Made by a program: the position numbers and the translations under genes
Assembly (NCBI GenBank): GCA_951406725.2
Contig: OX597833.1
Coordinates: forward strand, 4,216,001-4,280,000
DNA length: 64,000 nucleotides
From: Octopus vulgaris
Taxonomy: Eukaryota
Reading direction: 5' to 3'
The notes under the pieces: model-generated
Databases searched by the model: none
The model's input: only the letters and a program-made list of their open reading frames with translations
What the model was told of the DNA's origin: nothing
Shown: piece after piece, positions 37,229-50,163 of the stretch
How positions within the stretch are numbered: position 1 is the stretch's first letter
How the letters are laid out: every line of letters starts with the position of its first letter

Positions 37229-39535
37229 TACACACGTTTTATATGTGCATATATGTATGTATATTTTATATACATAGTATATATCTATTTACATATACAT
37301 ACATATGCATATGTACATACATACACACACACATATATATATATATATACATACATGCATGTATATGTAGGAAGGATTGTTATAGCTAAATAACAATAAA
37401 AGGAACAGAGCAGAGTTATGTCCCCCTTATTCTGTCATTGGTGGTTGCCACTTTGATTGTCTTGCACTCTCAGCAGTCCTTGCCACATTGCATTTCTGCT
37501 AGAAAGATATCTAAACACAAGACGGACATTTAGTCTCTCTTCTTATTCTGCGTGATTCTCACTGGACTTTTATATAAAAACTAGCAGTATTGCCCGGCGT
37601 TGCTCGGGTTTGTAAGGGAAATAACTATATAAGCATTTTTAGAGAGTTATAGCCAAAAAATAGCAAAAAAATGCACCAAAAATGGAAAAAAATGATGGTA
37701 AATTTTTTTTTCATCTTTGACTCATCGTAGACATTTTAGAGAGTTACTTCCCTTATATAATAGCGAAAAAATGCATTAAAATGGGAAAAAACGATGGTAA
37801 TTTTATCTTTAAATCGTAGACGCATCGTAGACGCGCACTAATACCCAGAAGGGCTCGATATGAATCACGACTATAAGATACCCGGTTTTGGTTAAACTGC
37901 ACCGCAAAATGTGGGAGTAGTAAGGAATCTAAATCGTAGGAGACAGACACTCACACAACTTCACTTTTATATATAAAGATGTGGCTATTAATTGGTGAAA
38001 GAAAAGAAGAGAAATAGAAAGAGAGGTGGATAGAGAGAGGGGGTGGGGAGGATTTTAAGGATTGGCTCTAGGATAAAGTAAGGTGCATATGTGTAAGGTG
38101 TCTAAGAATTGTGTAGGGGGTAGCTGAGAAGAAGAGAGAGAGAGGATAAGGAGGCAGAAGAGGAAAGGGTAGAAAAATTAGGTGAAAGGAAATGAAAGGA
38201 ATTTAAAGAGAGAAGCAGATGTCTGGTAGTGTGATAGCCTAAAGTTTTTGGGGAGGAGATTTGGTAGTAATTGTTGGAGTCTGTCCTGGTTAAGGTCAGT
38301 GGCTTTGGAGTTAATGGAATTATGATATAAACAGTTATAATCAGAATATTAATTAATTATTGATACCAGAGGGAAAAAGACAAAAGTATATTAAAGATTA
38401 AAGATTAAAGTAAAATTATCATTAGGAGTAGGTTAACGAAATATATTTAAAATACAGCAAAGAACAGGAATTGAGGTATGAGTGCAACAGATCATAGAGG
38501 ATATATTTTATAATTAGGGGGGATTTGAAAATTAAGGACTCGTTAGGAAAAACATAATATATCTATATTAACCATTGTATGATGGATTCACCACTGGGAT
38601 TGGGTAGGTATATATTATGATTAATGTGGAGATGCAAATGCCCAGTGGTTAGGGCAGCGGACTCGTGGTTGTAGGATCGCGGTTTCGATTCCCAGACCGG
38701 GCGTTGTGAGTGTTTATTGAGTGAAAACACCTAAAGCTCCACGAGGCTCTGGCAGGGGATGGTGGTGATCCCTGCTGTACTCTTTCACCCCAACTTTCTC
38801 TCACTCTTACTTCCTGTTTCTGTTGTACCTGTATTTCAAAGGGCTGGCCTTGTCACTCTCTGTGTCACGCTGAATATCCCCGAGAACTACGTTAAGGGTA
38901 CACATGTCTGTGGAGTGCTCAGCCACTTACACGTTAATTTCACGAGCAGGCTGTTCTGTTGGTCGGATCAACCGTAACCCTCGTCGTCGTAACCGACAGA
39001 GTGCTTCCACACACATTATGATTAATAACCCATTTCACCCATTTGATCCGTCCAATAATTCTTAAATGATGAGAGAACATTCCTGCACACAAAACTGCTA
39101 AGTGCAAATTCTAAAATTAAAAAATTGATACACAGATAAAGGTAGGCTACTTTTTAGGCAATTTTTTAAATTGTCATTTCCTTGCAATCGATTTGATCAT
39201 TAGCAGGAAGTGACATTCAGAATAGATTGTTGACATTATGTAAGAACATTCCCACACACTCGTATTTATAAATATATATAAATTCATACTAACCTATCCA
39301 ACGTGTGACACATTCAAGCATTTTCTGGATGCATGTCTATTTCTGTCCAATCATTTACTGTCATTTTTACAGCCTTTCAGTGTAAATTATTCTATGAAGT
39401 TATTAGCTCTTACAAATATGCTTTGCAAATTGTCTGATGTCTTGAACATGTGCTAAGCAGATCTCATCCATATCTCCGAAGCTTTCGTTTACTTGTGTGC
39501 TATTGTTTTACATCGGCAGATAGATATAAGGTTTC

Positions 39536-39607
39536 TATATATACGTCTAGTGGTTAGGATTCCTGGCGTTCACCCAAGCGGCCCGGGTTCGATTCCCGGC
39601 ATAGGAA
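39536..39607 (+). pseudogene. tRNA-Glu(TTC)-like pseudogene / SINE-like head
   Basis: GTCTAGTGGTTAGGATTCCTGGCGTTCACCCAAGCGGCCCGGGTTCGATTCCCGGCATAGGAA closely matches eukaryotic tRNA-Glu; 5' acceptor strand damaged, U33 replaced, anticodon-stem mismatch. Confidence 0.75.
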
Positions 39608-40189
39608 CGCATGTTTGTTGGCGTTAGGAAGGGCATCCAGCTGTAGAAACACTGCCAGATCAGACTGGGCCTGGTGCAGCCTTCTGGCTTCCCAGACCCC
39701 AGTTGAACCGTCCAATCCATGCCAGCATGGAAAGCGGACGTTAAATGCTGATGATGATGACGATGACGTCAGACGAGCAAGTTGAATTCTTTTCCATGCT
39801 GGCTTGTTTTGAAGTTACAGAGATTTCTAATACTCAACATCTTAAAGGAACTTTCCAAGAATGAAATATCACAGCCAAAAACCATTTTAACAAAACATGG
39901 GCCTTAAGTAATTTAGAGATGTTTCTAGCTCTAAAATTTAATTCTTATTGTGATTGAAGATCAATGATCCTGTGTTGGGATGACATTTATAGCTAACTTT
40001 AACAATATTTCTATCAAAGGTCTTGTTATACTAAGGTATGTGGGAATTGAATGTGAGCATTTCCAGTTATATTTGTAGCCATCTTCATGCTGTATGGAGA
40101 ATTATATTTTAAAATTTTCTTACATCAACAACTTTTTTTTTCCTTCTTTTTTGGCCAGCCGAAGTTTCATTTGCTATAGGTTACATTGG

Positions 40190-40520
40190 AAGGTGGCAAG
40201 CTGGCAGAAACAGTAGCACACTGGGTGAAATTCTTAGAGGTATTTTTTCTGCTGTTACGTTCTGAGTTCAAATTTCGCAGAGGTCGACTTTGCCTTTCAT
40301 CCTTTCGGGTAGATAAATAGAGTACCAGTTTCGCACCGGGGTCGATGTAATCGACTTAATCCCTTTGTCTGTCCTTGTTTGTCCCCTTTATGTTTTAGCT
40401 CCTTGTTGGTAGTAAAGAAACAGGTATTTTGTCTGCCGTTATGTTCTGAGTTCAAATTCCGCCAAGGTTGACTTTGCCTTTCATCCTTTCGGGGTCAATA
40501 AATTAATACCATTTACGCAT
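40190..40520 (+). mobile_element. SINE fragments with duplicated body (Meta-domain-like)
   Basis: Two copies of TTCTGAGTTCAAATT...GACTTTGCCTTTCATCCTTTCGGG; the family assignment is from memory only. Confidence 0.55.
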
Positions 40521-41125
40521 ATAGACATATTTTACTCAGTGTTTTTACACATTTTTTCCTGTATTTTTGCCCTTAGCCCTGTTTGTTCTTGTGTTACACG
40601 TATGTATAATTCTTTTGTGCATGCGTGTGTGTGTGTATATTTAGACATGTGCGGGTATATACGTATATGGGCGTGTGTGCGTGCATAAGGGTATGTGCAT
40701 ATGTATACGTGGTTTACTCTTTGTATACTCCCTTATGCCGTTTTTCTGTATTGTTACCCTTAACCCCGTCTTTTCTTGTGCTTGTGCATATGAAGACATG
40801 TGTATGACCCTTTTCAGTGCATGTGTGTGTGGGGAGGTTGTATGTATATGCATATACATTTGGCGAAGGTTGCGAGGGAGGATGTGTACGTTTTCAAGCG
40901 AGAGTGGATGAATGTATAGTTTTAGGCGCATGCAGGTGGGTGTCCGGGTGCACATGTGTAGGTATGAACAGGCACACTTACACGAATACTATGAACTTTT
41001 ACCCCCTTACTTTACTCCCTTACTTAGCGGTCATTCGCATAACACTTTTGTCTTAATAACGGTCAATCACACAGTAATTTCCCTTTGTATAACGGTCATT
41101 TTTCATAGCATTTTTCCAATGGCTG

Positions 41126-41186
41126 GATAACTGAAGAGATGGTGGCGTGGATTTCCACCTCGGCATCCGAAACTCGGAGTTTTATC
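41126..41186 (+). ncRNA. Hammerhead-like motif in a Penelope-like tail
   Basis: GATAA-CTGAAGA-GATG...CATCC-GAAA-CTCGGAG-TT-TTATC; stem I GATAA/TTATC; one-nt bulge at the base of stem II. Confidence 0.5.
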
Positions 41187-41221
41187 ATGGCTACAAAATA
41201 ATTGTCACATATCACATTTAC

Positions 41222-41263
<42 letters not shown>

Positions 41264-41761
41264 TTATATATATATATATATATATACATAATGCACACAC
41301 ATACAGTTCACTAGTCTACAAGGAAGAGAGATCACTCACAAGGGGCAGGAATATTAACAACACTTTTACCAGTGACTGGGGAGTCGATATCATTTTCTTA
41401 ACATGCTTTCCCTTGTTTTGTCTGTTTCATCATCATCATCATCATCATCATCATCGTTTAACGTCCGTTTTCCGCTCTAGCACGGGTTGGATGGTTCGAC
41501 CGGGGTCTGGGAAGCCAGGAGGCTGCACCAGGCTCCAGTCTGATCTGGCAGTGCTTCTACAGCTGGATGCCCTTCCTAACGCCAACCACTCCGCGAGTGT
41601 AGTGGGTGCTTTTTACGTGCCACCAGCACAGTTGCCAGGGGAGTCTGGCATCGGCCACGCTCGGTTGGTATTTTTAACGTGCCAACGGCATGGAAGCCAG
41701 TCGAGGTGGCGCTGGCATCGGCCACGTTTGGATGGTTAAAAATTTTATTTATTACTTCCAG

Positions 41762-41875
41762 ATGATCCCCAAACAAAGCCAATGCCATCAACAATAACTG
41801 AAGATCCTTCAACACGCAAACCAAATCCCAGTGCCACAACGAAGAAAACTGTTGCTATTGCTGCTTCTATTACAG
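41762..41875 (+). pseudogene. Ig-receptor copy 2 exon 5, stalk
   Basis: Identical to 15428-15541. Confidence 0.75.
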
Positions 41876-42052
41876 GTAAATGGATTTCCTGCCACTCCTC
41901 CTTGTTACGTTGTTTTTGCTTTTGCTCTTGTTTAGCCCCAGGTCAGTCATGCTCAAGAAAAAAATTTGTTATTGAGACATACTACAACTAGGAGTACATT
42001 ATCTAATGTGCTTTGTATCTATGTAAATATATACATATACACACACACACAC

Positions 42053-42085
<33 letters not shown>

Positions 42086-42784
42086 TATATATACACGTAT
42101 CTTTATCTCAACATGCAATCTCCTCATTCTACATTGAGTGAAAAATGGGATGGACCCTTTGGTTTTGTTTTGGTGTCTCGCTCTGTCGTACATGACTATG
42201 AGGATTTGCATCCCCAACGTAAATCGTCTTTTTCCCAAACTTATATTGTAATACATGTCCTTGGAGTAGTAATTGTGCGTGGCTGAAGAAGGCTATCGAC
42301 ATACAAATTACATCAATTATGCATTGATATAAACCGTCTAATAAAAGCCAGAAACATATGTACCACTAAATCCTTTGCATCATGTTTTTCTTTTGATAAA
42401 TACAGATATACATACACACACACATATTTACACATAACTACAATAAACAGTATTAATAAATTATATTACGTGTGTTTCCATAATGTAGCTATTTATTTGT
42501 TCCGAGCTGAATTATATAACCAAACCCTTTCATCAGGCATTTTGAACAGTTCACAGATAAGATTGATCTCACACACACATATCAGTACATGTATGAGTAT
42601 GTATATATATATATATGTATTCATGTATATCTGTGTGTGTGATGTACATGTGTGTATACATACATAAATACATACATACATACATACATACATACATACA
42701 TACATGCATATATATATATATATATATTTAACGGCGGTGCATCAGCATGGCCGCAGCTCTGAACTGAAATTAGAGAAAAAAAAA

Positions 42785-42832
<48 letters not shown>

Positions 42833-42849
42833 TTTATATATGTATGTAT

Positions 42850-42889
<40 letters not shown>

Positions 42890-43329
42890 GTTCAGTTAAA
42901 GGTTAAATACCTCATGAAGAGATAAAAAATTGAATGAATTTACTGGTATATCACCTATTATAAATATTGAATATTATATTTAATCTTCAAGAACAAGGAA
43001 ATTGGGTAAACTGAGGTTTGTAATTACTCAAGAAAAATAAAAAATGTAGAAGGATAAATTAATAATTATTTATTAATTACAAAAATTGACATAGTCTCTG
43101 ACAGCTGTTTCGATTCAAAATTTTAGAAATTAATTAGAATCATGAAAAACATTATAACGTTGAATCTTATCGGATGTAGCAAGAAGGTATACTATTATAT
43201 TTTTACAAAAATATTTTTGGATAAAATCATTGAAGCTTGTCTCTCATATTTACTTCTTTCATTTTTGTTTTTTTCCTTTTCTTTTTTTTTTTTTCATTTC
43301 TAATGAATTTCTTCTTTTCTTTTGATCAG

Positions 43330-43443
43330 AAACGGTGAATATTATGATTAAAAGTGTCATAGGAACGCTAATCATCCTCATCATTGTGATTGTCTTTTCC
43401 ATCATTCTGTACAAATATAGAGCTACACGGGCAAAAATTCAAA
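43330..43443 (+). pseudogene. Ig-receptor copy 2 exon 6, TM
   Basis: 114 nt; ...FSIILYKYRATRAKIQ|GTTAGT; 2 nt longer than in copy 1. Confidence 0.75.
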
Positions 43444-43729
43444 GTTAGTTTATGTCCATTCAGATTTCTTATAAACCACCTTTAAATTACATGTCTATGT
43501 CCACCTTGCCTTTGGTTTTATTCCTTTTGTCTACCTGTAGGTAACATTTACCTTTCTTCCTTCTATATATTTTACCTTTTACCAATTCTGTGAGTGAGTC
43601 AATATTTGTGTGTGTTTGATTTGGTGTATGCGTGCGTGTGTGTCTGTTTTTGTGTGTACGTACTTTACAGAAAAGATTCTGTTCTCTTTAACCAATTCCA
43701 TTAATTAAATCTCTCTTAATCTCTTTCAG

Positions 43730-43750
43730 GAACTCGAAAACTCCAGAAAA
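43730..43750 (+). pseudogene. Candidate 21-nt cytoplasmic microexon (copy 2 only)
   Basis: CTCTCTTAATCTCTTTCAG|GAACTCGAAAACTCCAGAAAA|GTAAGA; frame-preserving and stop-free. Confidence 0.5.
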
Positions 43751-43789
43751 GTAAGATAAGATTTTGCTTAATTTTACATTGCCACTGTT

Positions 43790-44270
43790 GGGGTGGGGCT
43801 ACCACCTGGGGTGGTGCTACCTAGGGGTGGTGCTACCAGGGGTGGTGCTACCAGGGGTGGGGCTATCAGGGGTGGTGCTACCAGGGGTGGTGCTTACCAG
43901 GGGTGGTGCTACCAGGGGTGGGGCTACCAGGGGTGGTGCTACCAGGGGTGGTGCTACCTGGGGTGGGGCTACCAGGGGTGGTGCTACCAGGGGTGGGGCT
44001 ACCAGGGGTGGGGCTACCAGGGGTGGGGCTACCTGGGGTGGGGCTACCAGGGGTGGGGCTACCAGGGGTGGGGCTACCAGGGGTGGGGCTACCAGGGGTG
44101 GTGCTACCAGGGGTGGGGCTACCAGGGGTGGGGCTACCAGGGGTGGTGCTACCAGGGGTGGGGCTACCAGGGTGGGGCTACCAGGGGTGGTGCTACCAGG
44201 GTATGTGCTACTAGGGGTGGGGCTACTAGGGGTGGGGCTACCAGGGGTGGGGCTACCAGGAGTGGTGCTA
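43790..44270. repeat. G-rich 15-bp minisatellite GGGGTGG(G/T)GCTACCA, ~32 units
   Basis: Direct reading of the tandem array. Confidence 0.95.
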
Positions 44271-44689
44271 CTGCAGATTCATGTTTGTGTATGCATATAT
44301 ACACACACAAATGGTGTATGTCTGTGTGTGTGCCTATGTGTATATATGAATATACCTATGCCATTTATGTTTTAGTTGTTTGAGTCATTTGACTGTGGCC
44401 ATGCTGGGGCACCGCCTCAAATATATGAGTGTATGTATATTAATTTTAGTAAGAATAGCTTTGACAATGTATTGTGGAAGGATTCCGACCACCCTTAAGT
44501 GACCAGAGGTGGACTGACCCATTGCATACCAATGCAGTCCTCTCTCTTGTACAATACATCTGATGCCTTTTATGGCCAAATTCTCTCTCAAAATGCTTCC
44601 ACTATGTCATACATGCACAGAGACCAATTCTCACATTTCCTGTTTGTGCTTTTACAATTTTGCGAGTTCTTTGATGCTTTGTGACAATC

Positions 44690-44729
44690 TTATAATAATA
44701 ATGATGATAATAATAATAATAATAATAAT

Positions 44730-44770
<41 letters not shown>

Positions 44771-45360
44771 AATTATTGTATACAGTGCTCAGGTGCACCA
44801 CAACTTGTCAGAGTATATGCAGTAATGTACAAATGTCTGGAAAGCGAACAATGTATGAGTCAGATACATGCTTGCGTGTATATGGAGGGGAGAAAATCAG
44901 GTGTCGTGTTGGCGAATCTCAGAAAGCATGGAAGTTTTGAAGGATGCAGTGCTCCGACAACTAACAACTGATGCCGGCAGTTTGTTAAATGCTTCAGCAA
45001 CTCTCAGCGCGAAAATTGCTTCCTAAAGTCATGGGAGCTGTGCTGTTTTCTGACTTTGTAAATATGTCCACAGGTGTTAGACAGGTGGAGTTTGAAAAGG
45101 TGCTCAGAGTTATTGTTTGTAAGATGTTTAATAATTTTATGGGTGTCTGCCAAGTCAGCTGCCAGATGTAGGAGTTTCAATGTGTCCATGCCCAGGGAAG
45201 TAAGGCGTTCAGAATATGGCAAATGCCTGATGGAGGGTATTCTCTTGGTTGCACGTCACTGAACAGCTTCCAGACGATTGATATCCTGGGCAAGATAGGG
45301 GTTCCAGACCGGTGAATCAAATTCCAGGTAAGGTCTTACCATAGCTATATAAAGCCGCAG
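44690..45360 (-). mobile_element. Degenerate CR1-type LINE 3' fragment
   Basis: Minus ORF PYSERLTSLGMDTL...TCGHIYKVRKQHSSHDFRK; (ATT)n tail; same family as 30335-30615. Confidence 0.8.
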
Positions 45361-45512
45361 ATATCTTCATGTACATATTTACAGAATGGTATTAACAAAT
45401 GGTTAATGCATTTCATGGATGACAACTAAATATGGTTATGAATCACAAAAGTACTTTTAAAATTTCAGAGTTAAAAAAATAAAAATGGGGAAAAGAATTC
45501 ATGCTGGAATAT

Positions 45513-45560
<48 letters not shown>

Positions 45561-45697
45561 GTGTGTGTGTGTGTGTGTAGGTGTACTTGTGTGTGTATTT
45601 GTGTGTATGCATTTATATATCTGTATCATAAGTGCATATACAAATATATATACATCAATATGTGTATATACATATATACATTTTTGTAAAGATACAT

Positions 45698-45728
<31 letters not shown>

Positions 45729-45742
45729 TAGATAGATGGATG

Positions 45743-45789
<47 letters not shown>

Positions 45790-45841
45790 GGATAGATAGA
45801 TAGATAGATAGATAGATAGAAAGATAGATAGATGGATAGAT

Positions 45842-48138
45842 ATGTTTCTTTATTAGCCACACAGGGCTGCACACAGATAGAACAAATTACAAGGTAGAGC
45901 TTTTCTTTTGAAGGTTTAAAAAAAAAAAAAAAAAAAAAAAAAGGAGGGGGAGTTTCGATCAAAAGGGATCGTAAAAGGAGAGAAAGAGGACAAAAAAAAG
46001 GGGTTTAAAAAAAAGGGGAGAGGAAAAAAAATTGATCAATAGGGATCGTTATCACAGAAATGTCAATATGAAATGTAAAGGGGAGGACAGGTGAGATTTA
46101 CCCGTGCAAAGAAAAGCCTACGGAAAAGACCACGGTAACCTCGGTCAATGATGTCACATTTTATATTTCTTTTTTTTTTTTTTTGCAAATAAGCAACTCT
46201 CTGTTTTCGATTTCTGGGTTCATAGGACTATGCTCAAGATGGCTTCGTCATTCATACGTGCCATTCTTGCTACATTCACCCATCTTTTTTTAAAACATTC
46301 GCTAGACAAAACTTGCCTCTCTACTCTCACTTTCCTTTTCAAGTGGTACTTGAAGAAGTTGATGAGAGATTGACCAGAGAGGAAAGTGTTTGTCTCCAAT
46401 CCTTTCAGACGCGTCCACCAGATACATTCTTTCGCCATAGCCACAAGGATGATGAAAATAGCTCTTCCTTCCCGTTTGAAGGAAGGAGGCGTGACAATAT
46501 TGACGATAGACTCAGCTGATAAACCGACTCGTCCCACACGTGACAGCAGTTGTTCGACATAAGCCCACAGGTCGGAAATTGTTGGACACTGAACGAGTGC
46601 GTGCAGAACGGTTTCGTCGCTCTGACCGCATCTCGGGCAGGTCGGCCCCGTGTTTCTCGAGCCGTGTCTGTAGAGCTTATCCCGAACGGGTAGCGCTTCT
46701 CGGTAGCACTGCCAGGCCAGGGATCTCTGGAAGTTGTCCATGGGCCCTGGCCCGAAAGTCGTCCTGAACAGGCGGGTCAGGTACTCCTCGTCGACGTCCA
46801 GGTTCGCCCCGAGCTCGTCGTCGTACCTCCCCTCCACTAAACCCCTATAGAATGCTTTGGTTGTGTTGAAGTCACTTAAGGTCGACCCAGGACGGCAGAG
46901 TTGCTTGAGAGCAACGCGACACTCGCGGTGCCATTCGCCCTTCCTCGGCCTCTTTTTGATCCACGACTGCAGTTCGGTCATGGAGACGAGCTGCGGGAAA
47001 GCGTGCCTCACAAACGGCGACCACACCTGTTCACCGTCGTCTACATAGAGCCAGAGATGCCGCAGTCTCAGCGCGTGTCTGCGCATCATCAACCACGGCA
47101 TGCCCAGCCCTCCTTTTAACGGGTGTTGACAGCAAATGGATCGCCTGACCATCGGGACGCATCCTTTCCACAAGAAGCGAAAGAGGATGCGTTGTAGTTT
47201 GGTGATGGTAGGGTCGGGACAAGGTACGACGGTCAGGCGGTAGTAGATGACGGACGCGATGTACGTGTTCGCCACCTCCGCTCGACCTTTTAGGGACAGT
47301 TTCCTCTCGGCCCATTGCCGGGCGAGAGTGACCACCCTACTCGTTATCTCGTTCCAGTTCTTCTCCACTTGGAGGTCCGGACCAAACCAGACCCCGAGCA
47401 ACTCAACCCCGGGCCGTCGGTCCAGCGTCCCACGACGGAGGCGCTGGTGGACGGCATGGGCTTGCTTCTCCAGGTGCCTAGTCGCAAGCCCACTGACTTT
47501 TCCCGGTTGATTTTCGCTCCTGTCACCGCTTCGTAGTTTTTCAGTGTCTCGCCGACCAGCTCGATGTGCTCGTGGCTAGACACTATGACGGTGACGTCGT
47601 CCGCGTATGCAGACACGCTCGTCCCGTATCCCAATTCTCGCGGGATGCCCCTTAGAGTCGCCAGCTTCCGCAGTAGTGGCTCAAGAGTCAATACGTATAG
47701 AAGCGCCGAGAGGGGCATCCCTGACGGACCGAACGTGCAATGTCGAAAGGTCTCGATAGATGTCCATTTACGCGAATTACCGAACGGATGCCTCTGTACA
47801 AGGCAGCTATCCATCCGCGGAAAACGGGACCGAAACCAGCCGCTCTCAGGACTGCCCCCAAAGTATCGATGGTCTACCCTATCAAAGGCTTTCGATTGAT
47901 CCAAGTTGATCAGGGCCCCACCCATGCCAGGTTCGTTAACTACCCTGTCTATGATGTAGCGCATCAGATGGAGGTTGTCATGGATGGTCCGGCCTGGCAC
48001 GGCGCATGTTTGCGCCTTGTCGACCATGGTTTCTCGATGACAAGCGCCAACCTCTTGGCTAGCACCTTGGCCAAAATTTTCAAGTCTGCATTAAGCAGAG
48101 TGATGGGCCTAAAGTTATCTATTACATTTCCCTTGTTT
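45842..48138 (-). mobile_element. 5'-truncated L1/Tx1-clade LINE (RT plus C-terminal Zn knuckle), frameshifted
   Basis: [51 protein letters not shown]; AATAAA at the 3' end; embedded in (GATA)n on both sides. Confidence 0.88.
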
Positions 48139-48143
48139 AGATG

Positions 48144-48182
<39 letters not shown>

Positions 48183-48251
48183 GGATAGATAGATAGATAG
48201 ATAGATAGAAAGATAGATAGATGGATAGATAGATAGATGGATGGATGGATG

Positions 48252-48302
<51 letters not shown>

Positions 48303-48323
48303 GGATAGATGGATGGATGGATG

Positions 48324-48366
<43 letters not shown>

Positions 48367-48583
48367 GGATAGATACAGATATACATATATATGATTGATT
48401 GATTGATTGATTCTAGTTTCAGCTTATGAGCTGTGGCCATGCTGGGGCACCGCCATTTGGTGTTGCTACTTGGTTTCATATATATATATATTTTATTTTA
48501 TTTGTTATTTATGCTTTGGTTTATGTCTATCACTGTTTGAGATACATAATAGTGGTTTTATCTCTAATTTAAATTTTATATAT

Positions 48584-48633
<50 letters not shown>

Positions 48634-49701
48634 AAGGTATGTGTAATCTGGTATTTATGTTTTCTCTAGCAACCAGAGACAAGAGAATGCGATGAACAGA
48701 AGACTGGGCTTTATCCATTTGCAAGGGACTCCAAAGAATATACAGATGCACAACAATGTGGGTAAACTCATGTCCCTTCTTTCTGCTAAACACTCACACA
48801 TACACCTGCACAAATGCATACATACACCCATATACACATACGTACACACAGACAATGACCCCTCTTCCTTGCTCTGATATCATCATCATCATCATCATCA
48901 TCGTTTAGCGTCCGCTTTCCATGCTGGCATGGGTTGGACGGTTCAACTGGGGTCTGGGAAGCCAGGAGGCTGCACCAGGCCCAGTCTGATCTGGCAGTGT
49001 TTCTACAGCTGGATGCCCTCCCTAACGCCAACCACTCCGTCAGTGTAGTGGGTGCTGTTTACGTGCCATCGGCACAGGTGCCAGACGAGGCTGGTAAACG
49101 GCCACAATCGGATGGTGCTTTTTACGTGCCACTGGCACGAGGCCAGTCAGGGCGGCGCTGGCAACAGCCACGTTCGGATGGTTCTCTTACGTGCCACCGG
49201 CACTGGTATCACAGCTCCAATTTCCATTGATGTTGATCGATTTCGATAGGTAGAATGGAATTAGTTGAGGAAGATTTCTCTAGGTTGATGCCATTCCTGT
49301 CTCCAATCCAAGGTTACATTCTGCATGGCCAGACATATCTTTTATGGACATTTTGGACCCAGTGGCATCCCTTGTAAGCAGATGATGCTTATTTACAAAC
49401 ATTAGGTTATCTCAGGATAAGGTGACAGTCACACACACACACATGCATATGTGAGTGTGAGTGTGTGTGTGTGTTTCTGTATATACATATATACCAATAC
49501 AAACACACACACGGATATATATATATAATAAATATTAGGGAATAAATCCAAATTTACAGATTTAGGATTGAATCCAATTTTATAGTAAAATATTATATAA
49601 TATTAATTAGAGACAAAACCACTATTTTGCAAATCAAACAAAGAAAGACTTAATCCAATACGTAAAAAAATTTTAATATAAAGTAAATAAAATTAAATTC
49701 G

Positions 49702-49747
49702 CCACTACAATTGTTTCATGCCTCTTCAAAGGACATTCATCAGGTGG
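49702..49747 (-). ncRNA. Minimal type I hammerhead ribozyme motif in a copy-2-specific Penelope-like tail insertion (~49527-49760)
   Basis: Minus strand: CCAC-CTGATGA-ATGTCCTTTGAAGAGGCAT-GAAA-C-AATT-G-TA-GTGG; intact core, paired stems I and II, palindromic loop III. Confidence 0.75.
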
Positions 49748-50083
49748 ATTTCAGATCTTCTATGTATATATACATACTTACACCTATACATATACTCTTT
49801 TACTTGTTTCAGTCATTTGACTGCGGCCATGCTGGAGCACTGCCTTTAATCGATCAGTAATATGACCCAAGGACTTATTCTTTGTAAAACCAGTACTTAT
49901 TCTATCGGTCTCTTTTTGCCGAACCGCTAAGTGATGGGGACATATACACACCAGCATCGGTTGTCAAGCAATGCTAGGGGGACAAACACAGACACACAAA
50001 CATACACACACACACATATATATATATATACATATATACGACGGGCTTCTTTCAGTTTCCGTCTACCAAATCCACTCACAAGG

Positions 50084-50119
<36 letters not shown>

Positions 50120-50126
50120 TCATCAT

Positions 50127-50163
<37 letters not shown>

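Noticed and set aside
39536-39607. Functional tRNA-Glu gene
   Set aside because: Acceptor stem 5' strand is disrupted, U33 is lost and the anticodon stem is mismatched.
43764-44383. Elastin-like or RGG-like ORFs (VGLPG, GGATR, GWGYQ)
   Set aside because: Stop-free translations of a 15-bp intronic minisatellite; it is also not a TTAGGG telomeric tract.
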